From positions 1,004-65,003 of the forward strand of contig JAGHUV010000028.1 in NCBI GenBank assembly GCA_018064665.1: a DNA stretch of 64,000 bases, written 5' to 3'. The stretch is from Candidatus Crickella caballi. Lineage in GTDB: Bacteria; Bacillota; Clostridia; Peptostreptococcales; Anaerovoracaceae. The translations under genes and the position numbers were made by a program. Positions 8,085 to 19,404 of the stretch are shown here, piece after piece; position 1 is the stretch's first letter, and each line of letters begins with the position of its first letter. The notes beneath the pieces are model-generated. The model saw only the letters and a program-made list of their open reading frames with translations, had not been told where the DNA came from and made no database searches.

Positions 8085-9002
8085 ATGTATTACACATCAG
8101 TAGAAGAACTTGTAGGCAATACGCCACTGATAGAGCTTACCAAGGTGGAAGAGAAGCTTTCGCTTAAGGCAAAGCTTTTTGCCAAGCTCGAGCTTTTTAA
8201 TCCTGCGGGATCCGTTAAGGACAGAATCGCATATCAGATGATTGTTGATGCAGAGAAGGAAGGTAAAATCAGCAAGGGCGATACCATTATTGAGCCTACC
8301 AGCGGAAACACGGGAATCGGAATCGCTGCTATCGGAGCGGCAAGAGGCTATCATGTTGTAATTGTTATGCCTGAGTCGATGTCGATTGAGAGAAGAAAGC
8401 TCATGAAAGCATATGGCGCTGAGCTGGTGCTTACTCCTGCTTCAAAGGGCATGGCAGGTGCAGTAGAGAAGGCAGAGGAGCTTCATGCAGAGCTGGGCGG
8501 AATCATAGCAGGTCAGTTTGTAAATCCATCAAACTGGAAGACTCACTACATGACAACAGGTCCGGAAATCTATTCGGCGCTCGACGGAAAGGTCGATGTA
8601 TTCGTTGCCGGCTTTGGAACAGGCGGAACTATAACGGGTGTAGGAAAGTATCTGAAGGAGAATGCTTATGTTAAGACTGTTGCGGTAGAGCCTGATGCTT
8701 CGCCGCTTCTTTCCAGGGGCGTTGCAGGACCGCACAAAATACAGGGCATAGGTGCAAATTTCATTCCTGAGGTGCTCGACCGGAGCGTTATAGATGAAAT
8801 CGTAACGGAGTCTATAGATGATTCGCTTGAAACATTAAAGATGCTGGGCGCAACAGAGGGACTGTTTGTAGGTATTTCCTCGGGTGCTGCTTTGCATGCG
8901 GCTATTGAGCAGGCGTCTCTTGAAGAGAATGCAGGAAAGAATATCGTGGTTCTTCTTCCTGATGGGGGAGACAGATATCTTTCAACGCTGGAGTTTGAAT
9001 AA
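8085..9002 (+). CDS. cysK: Cysteine synthase A (O-acetylserine sulfhydrylase)
   Basis: GNTPLIEL, PLP-lysine motif GSVKDR, GTGGTITG. GGAGG lies 8 nt before ATG 8085 (ORF track start 8061). Confidence 0.93.
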   Translation: MYYTSVEELVGNTPLIELTKVEEKLSLKAKLFAKLELFNPAGSVKDRIAYQMIVDAEKEGKISKGDTIIEPTSGNTGIGIAAIGAARGYHVVIVMPESMSIERRKLMKAYGAELVLTPASKGMAGAVEKAEELHAELGGIIAGQFVNPSNWKTHYMTTGPEIYSALDGKVDVFVAGFGTGGTITGVGKYLKENAYVKTVAVEPDASPLLSRGVAGPHKIQGIGANFIPEVLDRSVIDEIVTESIDDSLETLKMLGATEGLFVGISSGAALHAAIEQASLEENAGKNIVVLLPDGGDRYLSTLEFE

Positions 9003-9119
9003 TTATCGGCCCAAATCCGAGTGCAGTCGGTCGATACGCACGACGATGATGCCCGGGCCAATATACGGTGCGATACGCAGGACAATATAGAGAATCATAC
9101 ACAGAGGAGATTATATTAA

Positions 9120-10001
9120 ATGACGGTTAGTAGAAAGGGTGCACATGCTGCGCATCTTGAAGAAATAGCTTATAAATTTGCGAATATAGGAACAATGCCG
9201 GACGAGGGACAGTTTATAGGTCTCGAACCTGTTATGGAGGAAGCCATCGAGCACATGCTTACAGCGATGTTCCCGTATCACTTCGGCACTACAAGAGGAA
9301 GATTTGTAGAAGCTGAGAAGAGAACCTGGGAGCTGATGCGTGCCTATGATGCACTCACACGTGCATTCACAATGGTATACAACAATCTGGATGACGAGGA
9401 GATTTCGGAAAAAGTCGGCGAGCTGATTGATGATCTGCCGTCGATCCTCGACATACTTAAGACCGATATTCAGGCGGGCTATGAAGGTGACCCGGCAGCT
9501 ACAAGCACTGATGAGGTTATTATTACCTATCCTGCTTTCAAGGCCATTGCAATATACCGAATTGCTCACAAGCTGTACTGCATGAAGGTTCCTATGCTGC
9601 CTCGTGTTATGGCTGAATATGCGCACAAAATCACAGGAATAGATATCCACCCGGGAGCAACCATAGGCCCGTACTTCTTCATCGACCACGGCACAGGCGT
9701 TGTTATCGGAGAAACCACTACTATCGGAGAGCATGTTAAGCTGTATCAGCATGTAACTCTTGGTGCAAAGAGCTTTGCGCTGGCAGAAGACGGAACTCCG
9801 ATCAAGGGAATAAAGAGACATCCGGATATCGGAGACAGAGTAATTATCTATGCAGGAACGACCATACTCGGCGGAGATACCAGGATAGGTGATGACTGCG
9901 TTATCGGAGGTAATGTATGGCTGACACGTTCCCTCGAGAGTGGAATGGTTATTAAGAACAAAGCGTGTGGTCAGGAGCTGCTCAGCACGGACGCAGAATA
10001 A
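9120..10001 (+). CDS. cysE: Serine O-acetyltransferase (long clostridial form)
   Basis: Left-handed beta-helix hexapeptide repeats ([30 protein letters not shown]). Adjacent to cysK. Confidence 0.85.
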   Translation: MTVSRKGAHAAHLEEIAYKFANIGTMPDEGQFIGLEPVMEEAIEHMLTAMFPYHFGTTRGRFVEAEKRTWELMRAYDALTRAFTMVYNNLDDEEISEKVGELIDDLPSILDILKTDIQAGYEGDPAATSTDEVIITYPAFKAIAIYRIAHKLYCMKVPMLPRVMAEYAHKITGIDIHPGATIGPYFFIDHGTGVVIGETTTIGEHVKLYQHVTLGAKSFALAEDGTPIKGIKRHPDIGDRVIIYAGTTILGGDTRIGDDCVIGGNVWLTRSLESGMVIKNKACGQELLSTDAE

Positions 10002-10076
10002 TACAATGTAAATTTATTTAGTCTTGCCTTATGTGATACAATAAAAAAGATATAAAGTATTGAAAGGGATAGACAT

Positions 10077-10877
10077 ATGGACAACAGACCGATAGGATTC
10101 TTTGATTCCGGACTCGGTGGATTGACTTCGGTGCAGGAACTGCACGAGAAGTTGCCTAATGAGAAAGTTCTGTATTTTGGTGATACAGCAAGAACTCCAT
10201 ACGGCTCCAAATCGCCGGAAACCATACGCAACTTTGCAACACAGATAGTGGATTATCTTGTATCCAAGGATTGCAAGATGATTATTATTGCGTGCAATAC
10301 TGTTACGGCTATGGCTCTCGAATCACTGAGAGAAAGGTATCCGGACATTCCTATTCTGGGTGTTATCGAACCGACTGTAAGAAGAGTTACGGCAGATGGC
10401 TGCAACAGTATCGGTGTTATTGCGACCAAAGCAACTATCGGTTCAGACGTATACGGAGAGAAGCTGCGTGAGCAGAATCCTGATGTAAGTGTTAAGAGCC
10501 TCGCGTGTCCGGCACTGGTACCTCTTATCGAAGAGGGCTTTGTGGAAGGCGATATAATCGAGCTTGCAATCAAGCACTACATGGATGACTTTATCAATAA
10601 CGGAGATTTTGACAGCCTTATTCTTGGATGCACACATTATCCGCTTCTTACGAAGTTGTTTGAGAAGCTCTATCCGGGCATCAGACTTTACAGTTCCTCT
10701 GCAGAGGTAGTGAACGAGGCGGCGGAGATACTGAAGGAAAAGGATATGCTGGCAGACAGCAATGACTACCAGGACAGATATTATGCGAGCGACCTCTCGG
10801 ATAATTTCATAGCGATGACAGAGTATCTGTTCAAGAACAGGGATTCCAGAATTAAGCTGAAAAAACTCGAAGATTAA
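10077..10877 (+). CDS. murI: Glutamate racemase
   Basis: IGFFDSGLGGLT, IIACNT and LGCTHYP catalytic cysteine motifs. Confidence 0.93.
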   Translation: MDNRPIGFFDSGLGGLTSVQELHEKLPNEKVLYFGDTARTPYGSKSPETIRNFATQIVDYLVSKDCKMIIIACNTVTAMALESLRERYPDIPILGVIEPTVRRVTADGCNSIGVIATKATIGSDVYGEKLREQNPDVSVKSLACPALVPLIEEGFVEGDIIELAIKHYMDDFINNGDFDSLILGCTHYPLLTKLFEKLYPGIRLYSSSAEVVNEAAEILKEKDMLADSNDYQDRYYASDLSDNFIAMTEYLFKNRDSRIKLKKLED

Positions 10878-10900
10878 AATATTTAGACGAAAAACAATAA

Positions 10901-10947
10901 AAAAACGCGAAGTTTCAACGAAAATATTGAAAAATCGCGTTTTTTTT
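10901..10947 (+). terminator. Rho-independent terminator
   Basis: AAAAACGCGA ... TCGCGTTTTT stem followed by a T-run. Confidence 0.6.
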
Positions 10948-11036
10948 AGTAAAATTTTATGGCTGTTATGCATTGAGTAATGTGTTTCAGCTAAGCCGGG
11001 ATACAAATCCCGGAATAAATAAAGTGAGGCTGTAAT

Positions 11037-11648
11037 ATGGAAACAGAATTCAAATATCGGCTTAGCGATAATACTGTTCTGGATCGAATTGCTGATGATG
11101 CGAGAAATAATAATCAGATCAAAGGCGATATAGATTCAATCGAGATGGAAGCTGTATATTTTGACACCGAAGACCAGAGACTCAGGGACAAGGGCGTTGC
11201 ATACAGAATCAGACGAGAGAATGATATCATGATTGCAACGGTCAAGTGGGACCTTGATATGGTAGACGGACTGTATGTTAGGGAAGAAATAAATCTTGTT
11301 GTAAATGACGAGAACTTTGCTGAGAACCCTGACATTGAGCTGTTTAAGTCAAGCGGTGCGTACGATGTGCTGTATGAAGCGACAGGCGGCAGGAAGCTGG
11401 TAAAGCAGGTCGACATGGAGTACACAAGAAGACAGTTCCTTATCAACACAGGAAGTTCTCTAAGCTGCATATCGGAGGATTTCGGAACCATCCACAGAAA
11501 AGATAAAGAGGACGTTCCGGTATTCGAGCTTGAGATTGAACTCTATCATGGAGATGAGAATGATTTCAGAGATCTCGCAGCAAGAATAAGAGAGAAATAC
11601 GGCTTGGAGGTCGAACCGACGTCTAAGCTCCAAAGAGCGTTTTCATAA
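11037..11648 (+). CDS. CYTH domain protein (triphosphate tunnel metalloenzyme)
   Basis: N-terminal ExExK (METEFKYRL), alternating charged beta-strand pattern, 203 aa. Confidence 0.7.
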   Translation: METEFKYRLSDNTVLDRIADDARNNNQIKGDIDSIEMEAVYFDTEDQRLRDKGVAYRIRRENDIMIATVKWDLDMVDGLYVREEINLVVNDENFAENPDIELFKSSGAYDVLYEATGGRKLVKQVDMEYTRRQFLINTGSSLSCISEDFGTIHRKDKEDVPVFELEIELYHGDENDFRDLAARIREKYGLEVEPTSKLQRAFS

Positions 11649-11694
11649 CAAACTACTAATAATTTAACAATCATATAAACGGAGGAAAGTATTG

Positions 11695-13011
11695 ATGAAA
11701 GCTTTACAGGTATCAAACGAAAACGGAGCAGTTAAGTTCAGCATCGAGTTCAGCAAGGAAGAGTTCGCTGAGGCACTCAACAAGGCATATCTTGCTAACA
11801 GAAGCAAGTTCAGCGTTGATGGTTTCAGAAAAGGCAAAGCACCTCGCAAGATTATCGAGAACTACTATGGTGAGGACATTTTCTATGATGAAGCACTGAA
11901 CGCACTGCTTGAGGAGAACTATTTCAAGGCAATCGATGAGCTTGGTCTCGACGTTATTTCCCAGCCAAGAATCGACGCTCCTAATGTAAAGAAGGATGAG
12001 CCTGTTGTAATTACCGGTACAGTTCAGACATTCCCTGAAATCGAGGTTAAGAACTATAAGGGCCTTGAGATCGAGAAGTTCGAGACTAAGATCGGCGCTA
12101 AGGAAGTTAAGGCAAAGCTTGAGGAGATTCAGAAGAGCCAGGCTCGCTTTGAGGCTGTTGAGGGACGCAAGTCCGAGATGGGCGATATGACTATTATCGA
12201 CTTCGTAGGTTCTGTTGACGGTGAGGAGTTTGCAGGCGGAACAGCTGAGAACTTTGAGCTGACACTCGGAAGCGGACAGTTCATCCCTGGATTCGAAGAG
12301 CAGCTGGTTGGCAAGGATGCAGGGGAGGATGTTGACGTTGTTGTTACATTCCCTGAAGAGTATCACGCTGAGGAACTCGCAGGTAAGGAAGCACTCTTCA
12401 AGTGCCACATTCATGAGATCAAGAAGGAAATCCTTCCTGAAATTGATGACGAGCTTGCAAGCGATGTAAGTGAATTTGAGACACTGGCTGACTATAAGAA
12501 GCAGCTTAAGAAGGACATGCAGGCAGAGGCTGACGCACGTGACGAAGCTTACATGAAGGACAGAGTTCTTGAGAAGCTCTATGAAGAGAACGAGGTTGAA
12601 GCTCCACAGATCATGATCGACAACGAGCTTGACAATATGATTTATGACATGAACCAGAACCTGGCTGCACAGGGTCTTTCACTTCAGCAGTACATGGAGT
12701 GGATGGGCAAGACTATCGAGCAGGTTAAGGAAGAGGCTAAGCCTGAGGCTGAGAAGAGAATCAAGACAAGAATTCTCCTCAAGAACATTATCAGACTTGA
12801 AGGCATTGAGTGCACAGACGAGGAAGTTCAGGGACTCATGGAGGAGTTCGGTGCTCAGTACGGAATGACTGTTGACCAGGTTAAGCAGATGGCAGGAGAG
12901 CAGACTGTAGCATACTTCAAGGAAGATGCACAGACAAAGAAGGCAATCGAGCTTCTTTACGACACAGCTAAGAAGGACATCGTAGCTGTTGTTGACAAGG
13001 AAGAAGAGTAA
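11695..13011 (+). CDS. tig: Trigger factor
   Basis: GFRKGKAP ribosome-binding motif, central FKBP-type PPIase region, 438 aa (ORF track TTG 11692). Confidence 0.95.
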   Translation: MKALQVSNENGAVKFSIEFSKEEFAEALNKAYLANRSKFSVDGFRKGKAPRKIIENYYGEDIFYDEALNALLEENYFKAIDELGLDVISQPRIDAPNVKKDEPVVITGTVQTFPEIEVKNYKGLEIEKFETKIGAKEVKAKLEEIQKSQARFEAVEGRKSEMGDMTIIDFVGSVDGEEFAGGTAENFELTLGSGQFIPGFEEQLVGKDAGEDVDVVVTFPEEYHAEELAGKEALFKCHIHEIKKEILPEIDDELASDVSEFETLADYKKQLKKDMQAEADARDEAYMKDRVLEKLYEENEVEAPQIMIDNELDNMIYDMNQNLAAQGLSLQQYMEWMGKTIEQVKEEAKPEAEKRIKTRILLKNIIRLEGIECTDEEVQGLMEEFGAQYGMTVDQVKQMAGEQTVAYFKEDAQTKKAIELLYDTAKKDIVAVVDKEEE

Positions 13012-13019
13012 TTTAGAGT

Positions 13020-13055
13020 GGGACAGGGGGCCGGTCCCTCTGTCCCGCTTTTTTA
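13020..13055 (+). terminator. Rho-independent terminator
   Basis: 11-bp GC-rich stem GGGACAGGGGG/TCCCTCTGTCCC followed by TTTTTT. Confidence 0.85.
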
Positions 13056-13076
13056 TTACAGAAAAAGGAGGTATCT

Positions 13077-13658
13077 ATGAATTACGTTCCTTATGTTATT
13101 GAGCAGACAGGTCAGGGCGAGAGGTCTTATGATATTTATTCAAGACTTCTGCTTGACCGTATTATTTTCATTGATGAGGAAATCACTGATCATACAGCAA
13201 GTGTTGTTGTTGCTCAGCTGCTTTTCCTTGAAGCACAGGATTCTGAAAAGGATATCAATATTTACATCAATTCACCGGGCGGATCGGTTACGGCAGGAAT
13301 GGCAATATATGACACTATGCAGTTTGTAAAGCCGGACATCTGCACCATCTGTGTAGGAATGGCAGCAAGCATGGCAGCTACACTGCTTTCTGCAGGAACA
13401 AAGGGCAAGAGATACGTTCTGCCTAATGCAGAGGTTATGATTCATCAGCCTCTGGGCGGAGCTCAGGGTCAGGCAAGTGATATTAAGATCACTGCTGACC
13501 ATATTCTGGCTGTCAAAGCAAGACTTAACAGGATTCTTGCAGCTGCAACCGGACAGGAGCTTGAAGTAATTGAAAAGGATACCGATCGTGATAACTTCAT
13601 GACAGCTGAGGATGCGGTGGAGTACGGTCTGGTAGATAAGGTATTGGAGAAACATTAA
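13077..13658 (+). CDS. clpP: ATP-dependent Clp protease proteolytic subunit
   Basis: GMAASMAA active-site Ser, MIHQP His, 193 aa. Confidence 0.97.
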   Translation: MNYVPYVIEQTGQGERSYDIYSRLLLDRIIFIDEEITDHTASVVVAQLLFLEAQDSEKDINIYINSPGGSVTAGMAIYDTMQFVKPDICTICVGMAASMAATLLSAGTKGKRYVLPNAEVMIHQPLGGAQGQASDIKITADHILAVKARLNRILAAATGQELEVIEKDTDRDNFMTAEDAVEYGLVDKVLEKH

Positions 13659-14896
13659 TGGCTAAAGATAACGAACTTGTATGTTCATTCTGTGGAAAAT
13701 CCAGATCTGAAGTACGCAAGATCATCGTCGGACCTAATATCTATATCTGCAATGAGTGTATCGAACTGTGTCAGTCAATTCTTGATGAAGACGAGATGCC
13801 TGTTCGCAGAAGGAAGAGTGCTGCTCTGCCAAAGCCTATGGATATTAAGGCCGAGCTTGATGAGTATGTCATCGAGCAGGATCCTGCCAAGAGAAGTCTG
13901 GCTGTAGCGGTATACAACCATTACAAGAGAATAAGACACCTTGAGAAATATAAGACATCAGATAATCCTGACGGAGTCGAGCTGCAGAAGAGCAACATTC
14001 TGCTTCTTGGACCAACCGGAAGCGGCAAGACACTTCTCGCACAGACTCTGGCGCGTATTCTTGATGTGCCTTTTGCTATAGTTGACGCAACTACTCTCAC
14101 AGAGGCAGGATATGTCGGAGAGGATGTTGAGAACATTCTGCTCAGACTGTATCAGGCTGCAGACGGAGACCTGCACAGAGCTGAAAAGGGAATTATCTAT
14201 ATCGATGAGATCGACAAAATCGCAAGAAAGTCTGAGAACACATCTATCACTCGTGACGTAAGCGGTGAGGGTGTACAGCAGGCTTTGCTTAAGATTATAG
14301 AGGGAACTGTTGCCAACGTACCTCCGCAGGGCGGAAGAAAGCACCCTAATCAGGAGTTTATTCACTTTGACACCAAGAATGTGCTGTTCATCTGCGGAGG
14401 AGCATTCACAGGGCTGGATAAAATTATCAAGGTCAGACTTGGCAACAAGGTAATCGGCTTCAATCAGGAAGATGACAGCGCAGAGCTTTCCAATGAGGAT
14501 ATTCTGCTCAAGGTTGAGCCTGAGGACCTGCTCAAGTTCGGTCTTATTCCGGAGCTTATCGGAAGACTGCCTGTAATAGTATCGCTCTCTGAGCTTTCAG
14601 AGCGGGCTCTTGTGAGAATCATTACTGAGCCTAAGAATTCCATCATCAAGCAGTATCAGACTCTGCTTGCAATGGATGATGTGGATTTCACAATAGAGGA
14701 TGATGCCATCAAAGCAATAGCCAACAAAGCCATCGAGCTCAAAACCGGAGCAAGAGGACTTCGCGGCATATTTGAGAGAATGATGACAGACATAATGTTC
14801 GAGGTACCATCAGATAAAGATATCCGTAAAGTAATTATTACAGAAGATACAGTTAACGGCGGTGAGCCGGAAATAGTTAAAAAGCAGTCGGAGTAG
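13658..14896 (+). CDS. clpX: ATP-dependent Clp protease ATP-binding subunit ClpX
   Basis: Zinc finger CSFCGK...CNEC, Walker [17 protein letters not shown]. The start overlaps the clpP stop. Confidence 0.97.
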   Translation: MAKDNELVCSFCGKSRSEVRKIIVGPNIYICNECIELCQSILDEDEMPVRRRKSAALPKPMDIKAELDEYVIEQDPAKRSLAVAVYNHYKRIRHLEKYKTSDNPDGVELQKSNILLLGPTGSGKTLLAQTLARILDVPFAIVDATTLTEAGYVGEDVENILLRLYQAADGDLHRAEKGIIYIDEIDKIARKSENTSITRDVSGEGVQQALLKIIEGTVANVPPQGGRKHPNQEFIHFDTKNVLFICGGAFTGLDKIIKVRLGNKVIGFNQEDDSAELSNEDILLKVEPEDLLKFGLIPELIGRLPVIVSLSELSERALVRIITEPKNSIIKQYQTLLAMDDVDFTIEDDAIKAIANKAIELKTGARGLRGIFERMMTDIMFEVPSDKDIRKVIITEDTVNGGEPEIVKKQSE

Positions 14897-14927
14897 CAAA
14901 TATCCGACTGACAGTTTGAGGTAGATA

Positions 14928-17249
14928 ATGGAAGAAAACATGATCACAACCAAGATGCCGTATATTCCGTTAAGAGGACAGACCTTCTTTCCGGATACGG
15001 TTGTCGGATTTGACATAGGAAGAGATAAAAGTCTTGCCGCCGTTGATCGCGCGATGAATGGCGACAAGTGCCTTGTTGTGTCTGCACAGAGAGACCCTGC
15101 TGTTTCCGATCCTACTGAAGAGGATTGCTATATGACTGGCGTATTTCTGAGGATATCCTCTGTTGTTAAGAAAAACGAAGAATACGAAAGAATCCTGGTT
15201 ACAGTAGGTTCCAGAGCAAGGATCAGCCATATCTTCGAGGAGGATGGAATGCTGTGGTGCGAATGCGAGCCAGCAGAGGACACAGACGATGATATCGAAG
15301 ATGTGACAATGCAGGCCAATGTCAGAGTGCTTACAGAGATGTTCTTCAAATATCTGGAGCAAAGCGGCGCGAATGACACCGGTGCACACAATCTTCTCGA
15401 CGGAGTTAAGGATGCGGCGGTGCTCTGCAGTATTATCGCTAACGAGCTTGACGTTGAGTATGACACAAAGCAGACTCTGCTTGAAATTGACTCGGTTAAG
15501 CTGAGAACAGAGCATCTTATCGATATAATCGGAAGAGAGAATCAGATTCTTGCAATAGCAAGACGCATTAATAACAAGGTTGTTAAGAATATGAATCGCG
15601 GACAGCGCGAATATTACCTCAGAGAGCAGATGCAGGTCATCAAGGAAGAGCTCGGCGAGGATGACAATTCTGATGACGAGGCTGCTGAGTGGAGAAAGAA
15701 GCTCGACGAGCTTAAGCTGCCTGAAAAGACAGATACCAAGCTTCGCAAGGAAATCGACAAATTTACCAAGATGAATGCGATGAGCCCTGATGCCAATGTC
15801 AGCAGAACATATATCGAAACTATTCTCGATCTCCCTTGGCACACTTCGTCCAAGACCAATCTCAGCATTAAGAAGGCGGAGAAGATTCTCGATGAGGATC
15901 ACTATGGACTTGAAAAGGTCAAGGAGAGAATACTTGAGAATCTTGCGGTTATGCATCTGACTAAGGCTAACAAGGGACCTATTTTATGTCTGGTTGGCCC
16001 TCCGGGAGTCGGCAAAACCTCGATTGCCCGTTCAATTGCACGTGCGACAGGAAGAGAATTTGTCAGAATGTCTCTGGGCGGAGTAAGAGACGAGGCTGAA
16101 ATCAGAGGACACAGAAGGACATATATCGGAGCAATTCCGGGACGCGTTATCAACAGTATTATAGAGGCAGGAACAAACAATCCGCTCTTCCTTTTCGATG
16201 AGGTGGATAAGATAGGCAGCGACTTCAAGGGAGACCCTGCCTCGGCATTGCTCGAGGTGCTTGATCCGGAGCAGAACAGTACATTTACAGATCACTATCT
16301 TGAGATTCCTTTCGATCTGAGTCAGGTGATGTTTATCACAACAGCTAATACAACATCCACGATTCCTACACCTCTGCTTGACAGAATGGAAATAATCGAG
16401 GTTTCAAGCTACACAGAGGAAGAGAAGGTTAAGATAGCAGAACAGTATCTGATTCCTAAGAAAATGAAGGAATACGGTATTAAGAAGCATCAGCTCAATA
16501 TAGCTGAGTCTGCAATTCGCGATATGATAGAATACTACACTCGTGAAGCGGGCGTACGTAATCTTGAGCGTGAAATAGGAAACGCATGCCGCAAGGTTGC
16601 AAGAAATATCGTTAGCGGTAAGAGTAAGAAGAACACGATAACAGCCAAAACTTTGGATAAGTTTATCGGTAAGAAGATTTATATCGACGAAATCGGTGAG
16701 CTTGAGCCTGAGGTGGGTGTTACTACAGGTATGGCATGGACTGCTGCGGGCGGAGTTACTCTCAAGATCGAAACTGTTAAGATGCCGGGTAGCGGAAAGC
16801 TTGTTCTGACAGGCCAGATGGGCGATGTCATGAAGGAGTCAGCAACAACCGCACTTGGATATCTCAGATCCATTGCCGACAAGTATGATATCGACAATGA
16901 TGCATTTAAGGATATGGATATTCAGATCCACATTCCTGAAGGTGCTACACCAAAGGACGGACCATCTGCGGGAATCACAATGTGTTCAGCTCTCTTCTCG
17001 CTGCTTACAGACAGGAAGGCTGACAGAACGATCGCAATGACAGGAGAAATCACTCTCAGAGGTAAGATTCTTCGCATAGGAGGTCTTAAGGAGAAGTCTC
17101 TTGCGGCATATCGTCAGGGAATAAGCAGAATAATTATTCCTAGGGAGAACGTTCCTGATCTGGAGGATATTCCTGCAAGTGTACGTAAGAAGATAGAGTT
17201 TATTCCGGTTGAGAATTTCGAGGAAGTGATTCCGTTATTATTTAAATAA
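14928..17249 (+). CDS. lon: Lon protease (LonA)
   Basis: Walker A GPPGVGKTS, catalytic PKDGPSAG, 773 aa. Confidence 0.96.
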   Translation: MEENMITTKMPYIPLRGQTFFPDTVVGFDIGRDKSLAAVDRAMNGDKCLVVSAQRDPAVSDPTEEDCYMTGVFLRISSVVKKNEEYERILVTVGSRARISHIFEEDGMLWCECEPAEDTDDDIEDVTMQANVRVLTEMFFKYLEQSGANDTGAHNLLDGVKDAAVLCSIIANELDVEYDTKQTLLEIDSVKLRTEHLIDIIGRENQILAIARRINNKVVKNMNRGQREYYLREQMQVIKEELGEDDNSDDEAAEWRKKLDELKLPEKTDTKLRKEIDKFTKMNAMSPDANVSRTYIETILDLPWHTSSKTNLSIKKAEKILDEDHYGLEKVKERILENLAVMHLTKANKGPILCLVGPPGVGKTSIARSIARATGREFVRMSLGGVRDEAEIRGHRRTYIGAIPGRVINSIIEAGTNNPLFLFDEVDKIGSDFKGDPASALLEVLDPEQNSTFTDHYLEIPFDLSQVMFITTANTTSTIPTPLLDRMEIIEVSSYTEEEKVKIAEQYLIPKKMKEYGIKKHQLNIAESAIRDMIEYYTREAGVRNLEREIGNACRKVARNIVSGKSKKNTITAKTLDKFIGKKIYIDEIGELEPEVGVTTGMAWTAAGGVTLKIETVKMPGSGKLVLTGQMGDVMKESATTALGYLRSIADKYDIDNDAFKDMDIQIHIPEGATPKDGPSAGITMCSALFSLLTDRKADRTIAMTGEITLRGKILRIGGLKEKSLAAYRQGISRIIIPRENVPDLEDIPASVRKKIEFIPVENFEEVIPLLFK

Positions 17250-17252
17250 GCT

Positions 17253-17891
17253 ATGAAAATTACTGCATCAAAACTAGAAACAGTGGCAGTCAAGCCGGCA
17301 CAGTATCCGGATACAGCTGTCAGGGAAATAGCCTTTGCGGGTCGATCCAATGTAGGCAAATCATCTCTTCTGAATCTTATTACAGGCAGGAAGAGCCTCG
17401 CCAGAGTGTCAGGCAATCCGGGCAAAACAAGGACAATCAACTTCTATGCGTGTGAGGCACAGACGGAGATTGACGGAGAGCCTTGCACTACAGAATTCAG
17501 AATCGTCGATTTGCCGGGATACGGCTATGCTAAAGTGAGCAGGGCCGAATCTGAAAAGTGGGGCGAGATGATGGAATCATACCTTGAGAACAGAGAGAAC
17601 CTTCTTAAGGTCGTTCAGCTCGTCGATATCAGACATAAGCCAAGTGCACAGGACGTTCAGATGTATGACTATCTGAAATACTACGGACTTGACGGTATTG
17701 TTGTTGCGACTAAGGCGGACAAGGTCAGCAATAACGAAAAGACTAAATGCCTTAAGGAAATAAGGTCTACCCTGGGCATGAGTAAGAGTGATATAATAAT
17801 TCCGTGCTCAGCGTTGAAGCGAACCGGAGACCGGGAGCTACTTAATACAATAGAGAAATTGCTGGAGGAAAATAATGGCAGCGAAGAGTGA
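17253..17891 (+). CDS. engB: Ribosome biogenesis GTP-binding protein YsxC/EngB
   Basis: GRSNVGKSSLLN G1 motif, NPGKTRTINFY, DLPGYGYA. Confidence 0.93.
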   Translation: MKITASKLETVAVKPAQYPDTAVREIAFAGRSNVGKSSLLNLITGRKSLARVSGNPGKTRTINFYACEAQTEIDGEPCTTEFRIVDLPGYGYAKVSRAESEKWGEMMESYLENRENLLKVVQLVDIRHKPSAQDVQMYDYLKYYGLDGIVVATKADKVSNNEKTKCLKEIRSTLGMSKSDIIIPCSALKRTGDRELLNTIEKLLEENNGSEE

Positions 17892-18426
17892 AACAATCGG
17901 CAAGGTACTGTTTACACAGGAAGATATTACCAAGAGAGCCAAGGAAATCTGCAAACAGATCGACAAGGATTATGAGGGCGAAGAGGTTCTTCTGCTCGGC
18001 ACTCTCAAGGGTTCGATAATGTGGATGGTAGAGATTATGAAGCACCTTAGTGTTGATACCAATATTGACTTTATCACTGCAAGCAGCTATGGTTCATCAA
18101 CTATCAGCTCGGGTGTAGTTAAGATCACATATGAGCCGGCATCAAATATGTATAACAAGAATGTCATAATTCTTGAGGATATTGTTGATACCGGAAACAC
18201 ATTGAAGTATCTGATTGAGAAGCTGCAGGAACGTGGACCTAAGTCAATCAAGGTTTGTTCAATGCTGAATAAGCAGGCGAGAAGAACTACAGATTTTCAG
18301 GCGGACTATATCGGCTTTGAGATCGATGACCTTTTCGTAATCGGATACGGACTCGATTATGACCAGAAGTTCAGAAATCTGCCATATATCAGCTATCTTG
18401 ATGCCGATGATGTAGTACAGTTATAA
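17875..18426 (+). CDS. hpt: Hypoxanthine phosphoribosyltransferase
   Basis: PRPP-binding motif VIILEDIVDTGNTL. 17-nt overlap with engB. Confidence 0.93.
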   Translation: MAAKSETIGKVLFTQEDITKRAKEICKQIDKDYEGEEVLLLGTLKGSIMWMVEIMKHLSVDTNIDFITASSYGSSTISSGVVKITYEPASNMYNKNVIILEDIVDTGNTLKYLIEKLQERGPKSIKVCSMLNKQARRTTDFQADYIGFEIDDLFVIGYGLDYDQKFRNLPYISYLDADDVVQL

Positions 18427-18476
18427 ATAATAAAAAGGCCAGAGGGAGCCCCTTTGCCAATTTTCATTGAGGGATT

Positions 18477-19304
18477 ATGGACAGTACTTTTGATTTACAT
18501 ATTCATACTCGGTTCTCTGACGGCCATCTTGAGCCTGAGGAAATAGTGAAAAAGCGTTCTGAAGAGGGCTATACATGCATCGCAATTACGGATCATGACG
18601 GCATCGGAGGATCGCAGCTTTGCTTTGAGCAGAATCTGGACAGCAAGTACAACATCAGGATAATCCCCGGAATTGAGTTTGACTCAAGCTGTGATCTCGG
18701 CAAGGACATGCATATTCTCGGTTACGATATTGATTTCAACTCAGAGGAGCTCAGGAACACTCTTGATGAAATCGACGAGATGAGAAGGGTTAGAAATGAC
18801 GGGCTTCTGAAGGCTTTAAATAATGCGGGATATGATATTACGCAGGAGGAGCTTGACGCAATTAACGGTGGCAGATATATAGGCAAACCGACCTTTGCCA
18901 AAGTCCTTAATGAGAGAGGCCTTATCCCAAGCTTTGAGTATGCGTTCAAGATGTTTCACGACAAGCCTGAACTTAAAGCAATCAAGAAGGCGGTCCTGAG
19001 CACGGACCACGTGATAGATGTGATCCACAAAGCCGGAGGCAAAGCGGTGCTGGCGCATCCTATGGAGCAGCTGAAGGTCAGAGAAGGTGAGACCTTCGAG
19101 GAATTCAAGCCAAGACTTGATGCGATATTGAATAGGATGCTGTCATATGGAATTGATGGAATCGAATGCATACATCCCTCTGCGGGTGAAAGACAGAGTA
19201 AATACCTCGAAGAGTTTGCGGATGAGCACGGACTCCTGAAGACACGAGGCTCGGATTTTCACTTCGAAGGGTCGACGCGGGACTTCAAGAGCTATCACAG
19301 ATAA
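18477..19304 (+). CDS. PHP-domain metal-dependent phosphoesterase
   Basis: DLHIHTRFSDG and AITDHD motifs, 275 aa. Confidence 0.85.
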   Translation: MDSTFDLHIHTRFSDGHLEPEEIVKKRSEEGYTCIAITDHDGIGGSQLCFEQNLDSKYNIRIIPGIEFDSSCDLGKDMHILGYDIDFNSEELRNTLDEIDEMRRVRNDGLLKALNNAGYDITQEELDAINGGRYIGKPTFAKVLNERGLIPSFEYAFKMFHDKPELKAIKKAVLSTDHVIDVIHKAGGKAVLAHPMEQLKVREGETFEEFKPRLDAILNRMLSYGIDGIECIHPSAGERQSKYLEEFADEHGLLKTRGSDFHFEGSTRDFKSYHR

Positions 19305-19404
19305 TATTCATACAAATAACATATCGGTACAATGACTCTGTTGTAGAATAATTCTGCAAAGAGTCATTTTCATTGGTCGGATTTCAAGGGAAAGGAGATC
19401 CGAA

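Noticed and set aside
9003-9119. Direct repeat CGATACGCA (x2) between cysK and cysE as an attenuator or T-box/S-box element
   Set aside because: It is only 9 nt, has no associated terminator hairpin or conserved riboswitch sequence, and the spacer is too short for a T-box.
14970-15956. 328-aa minus-strand ORF
   Set aside because: It is antisense to lon and has no motifs. Smaller antisense ORFs throughout tig, clpX, ychF, cysE and rbgA were rejected for the same reason.
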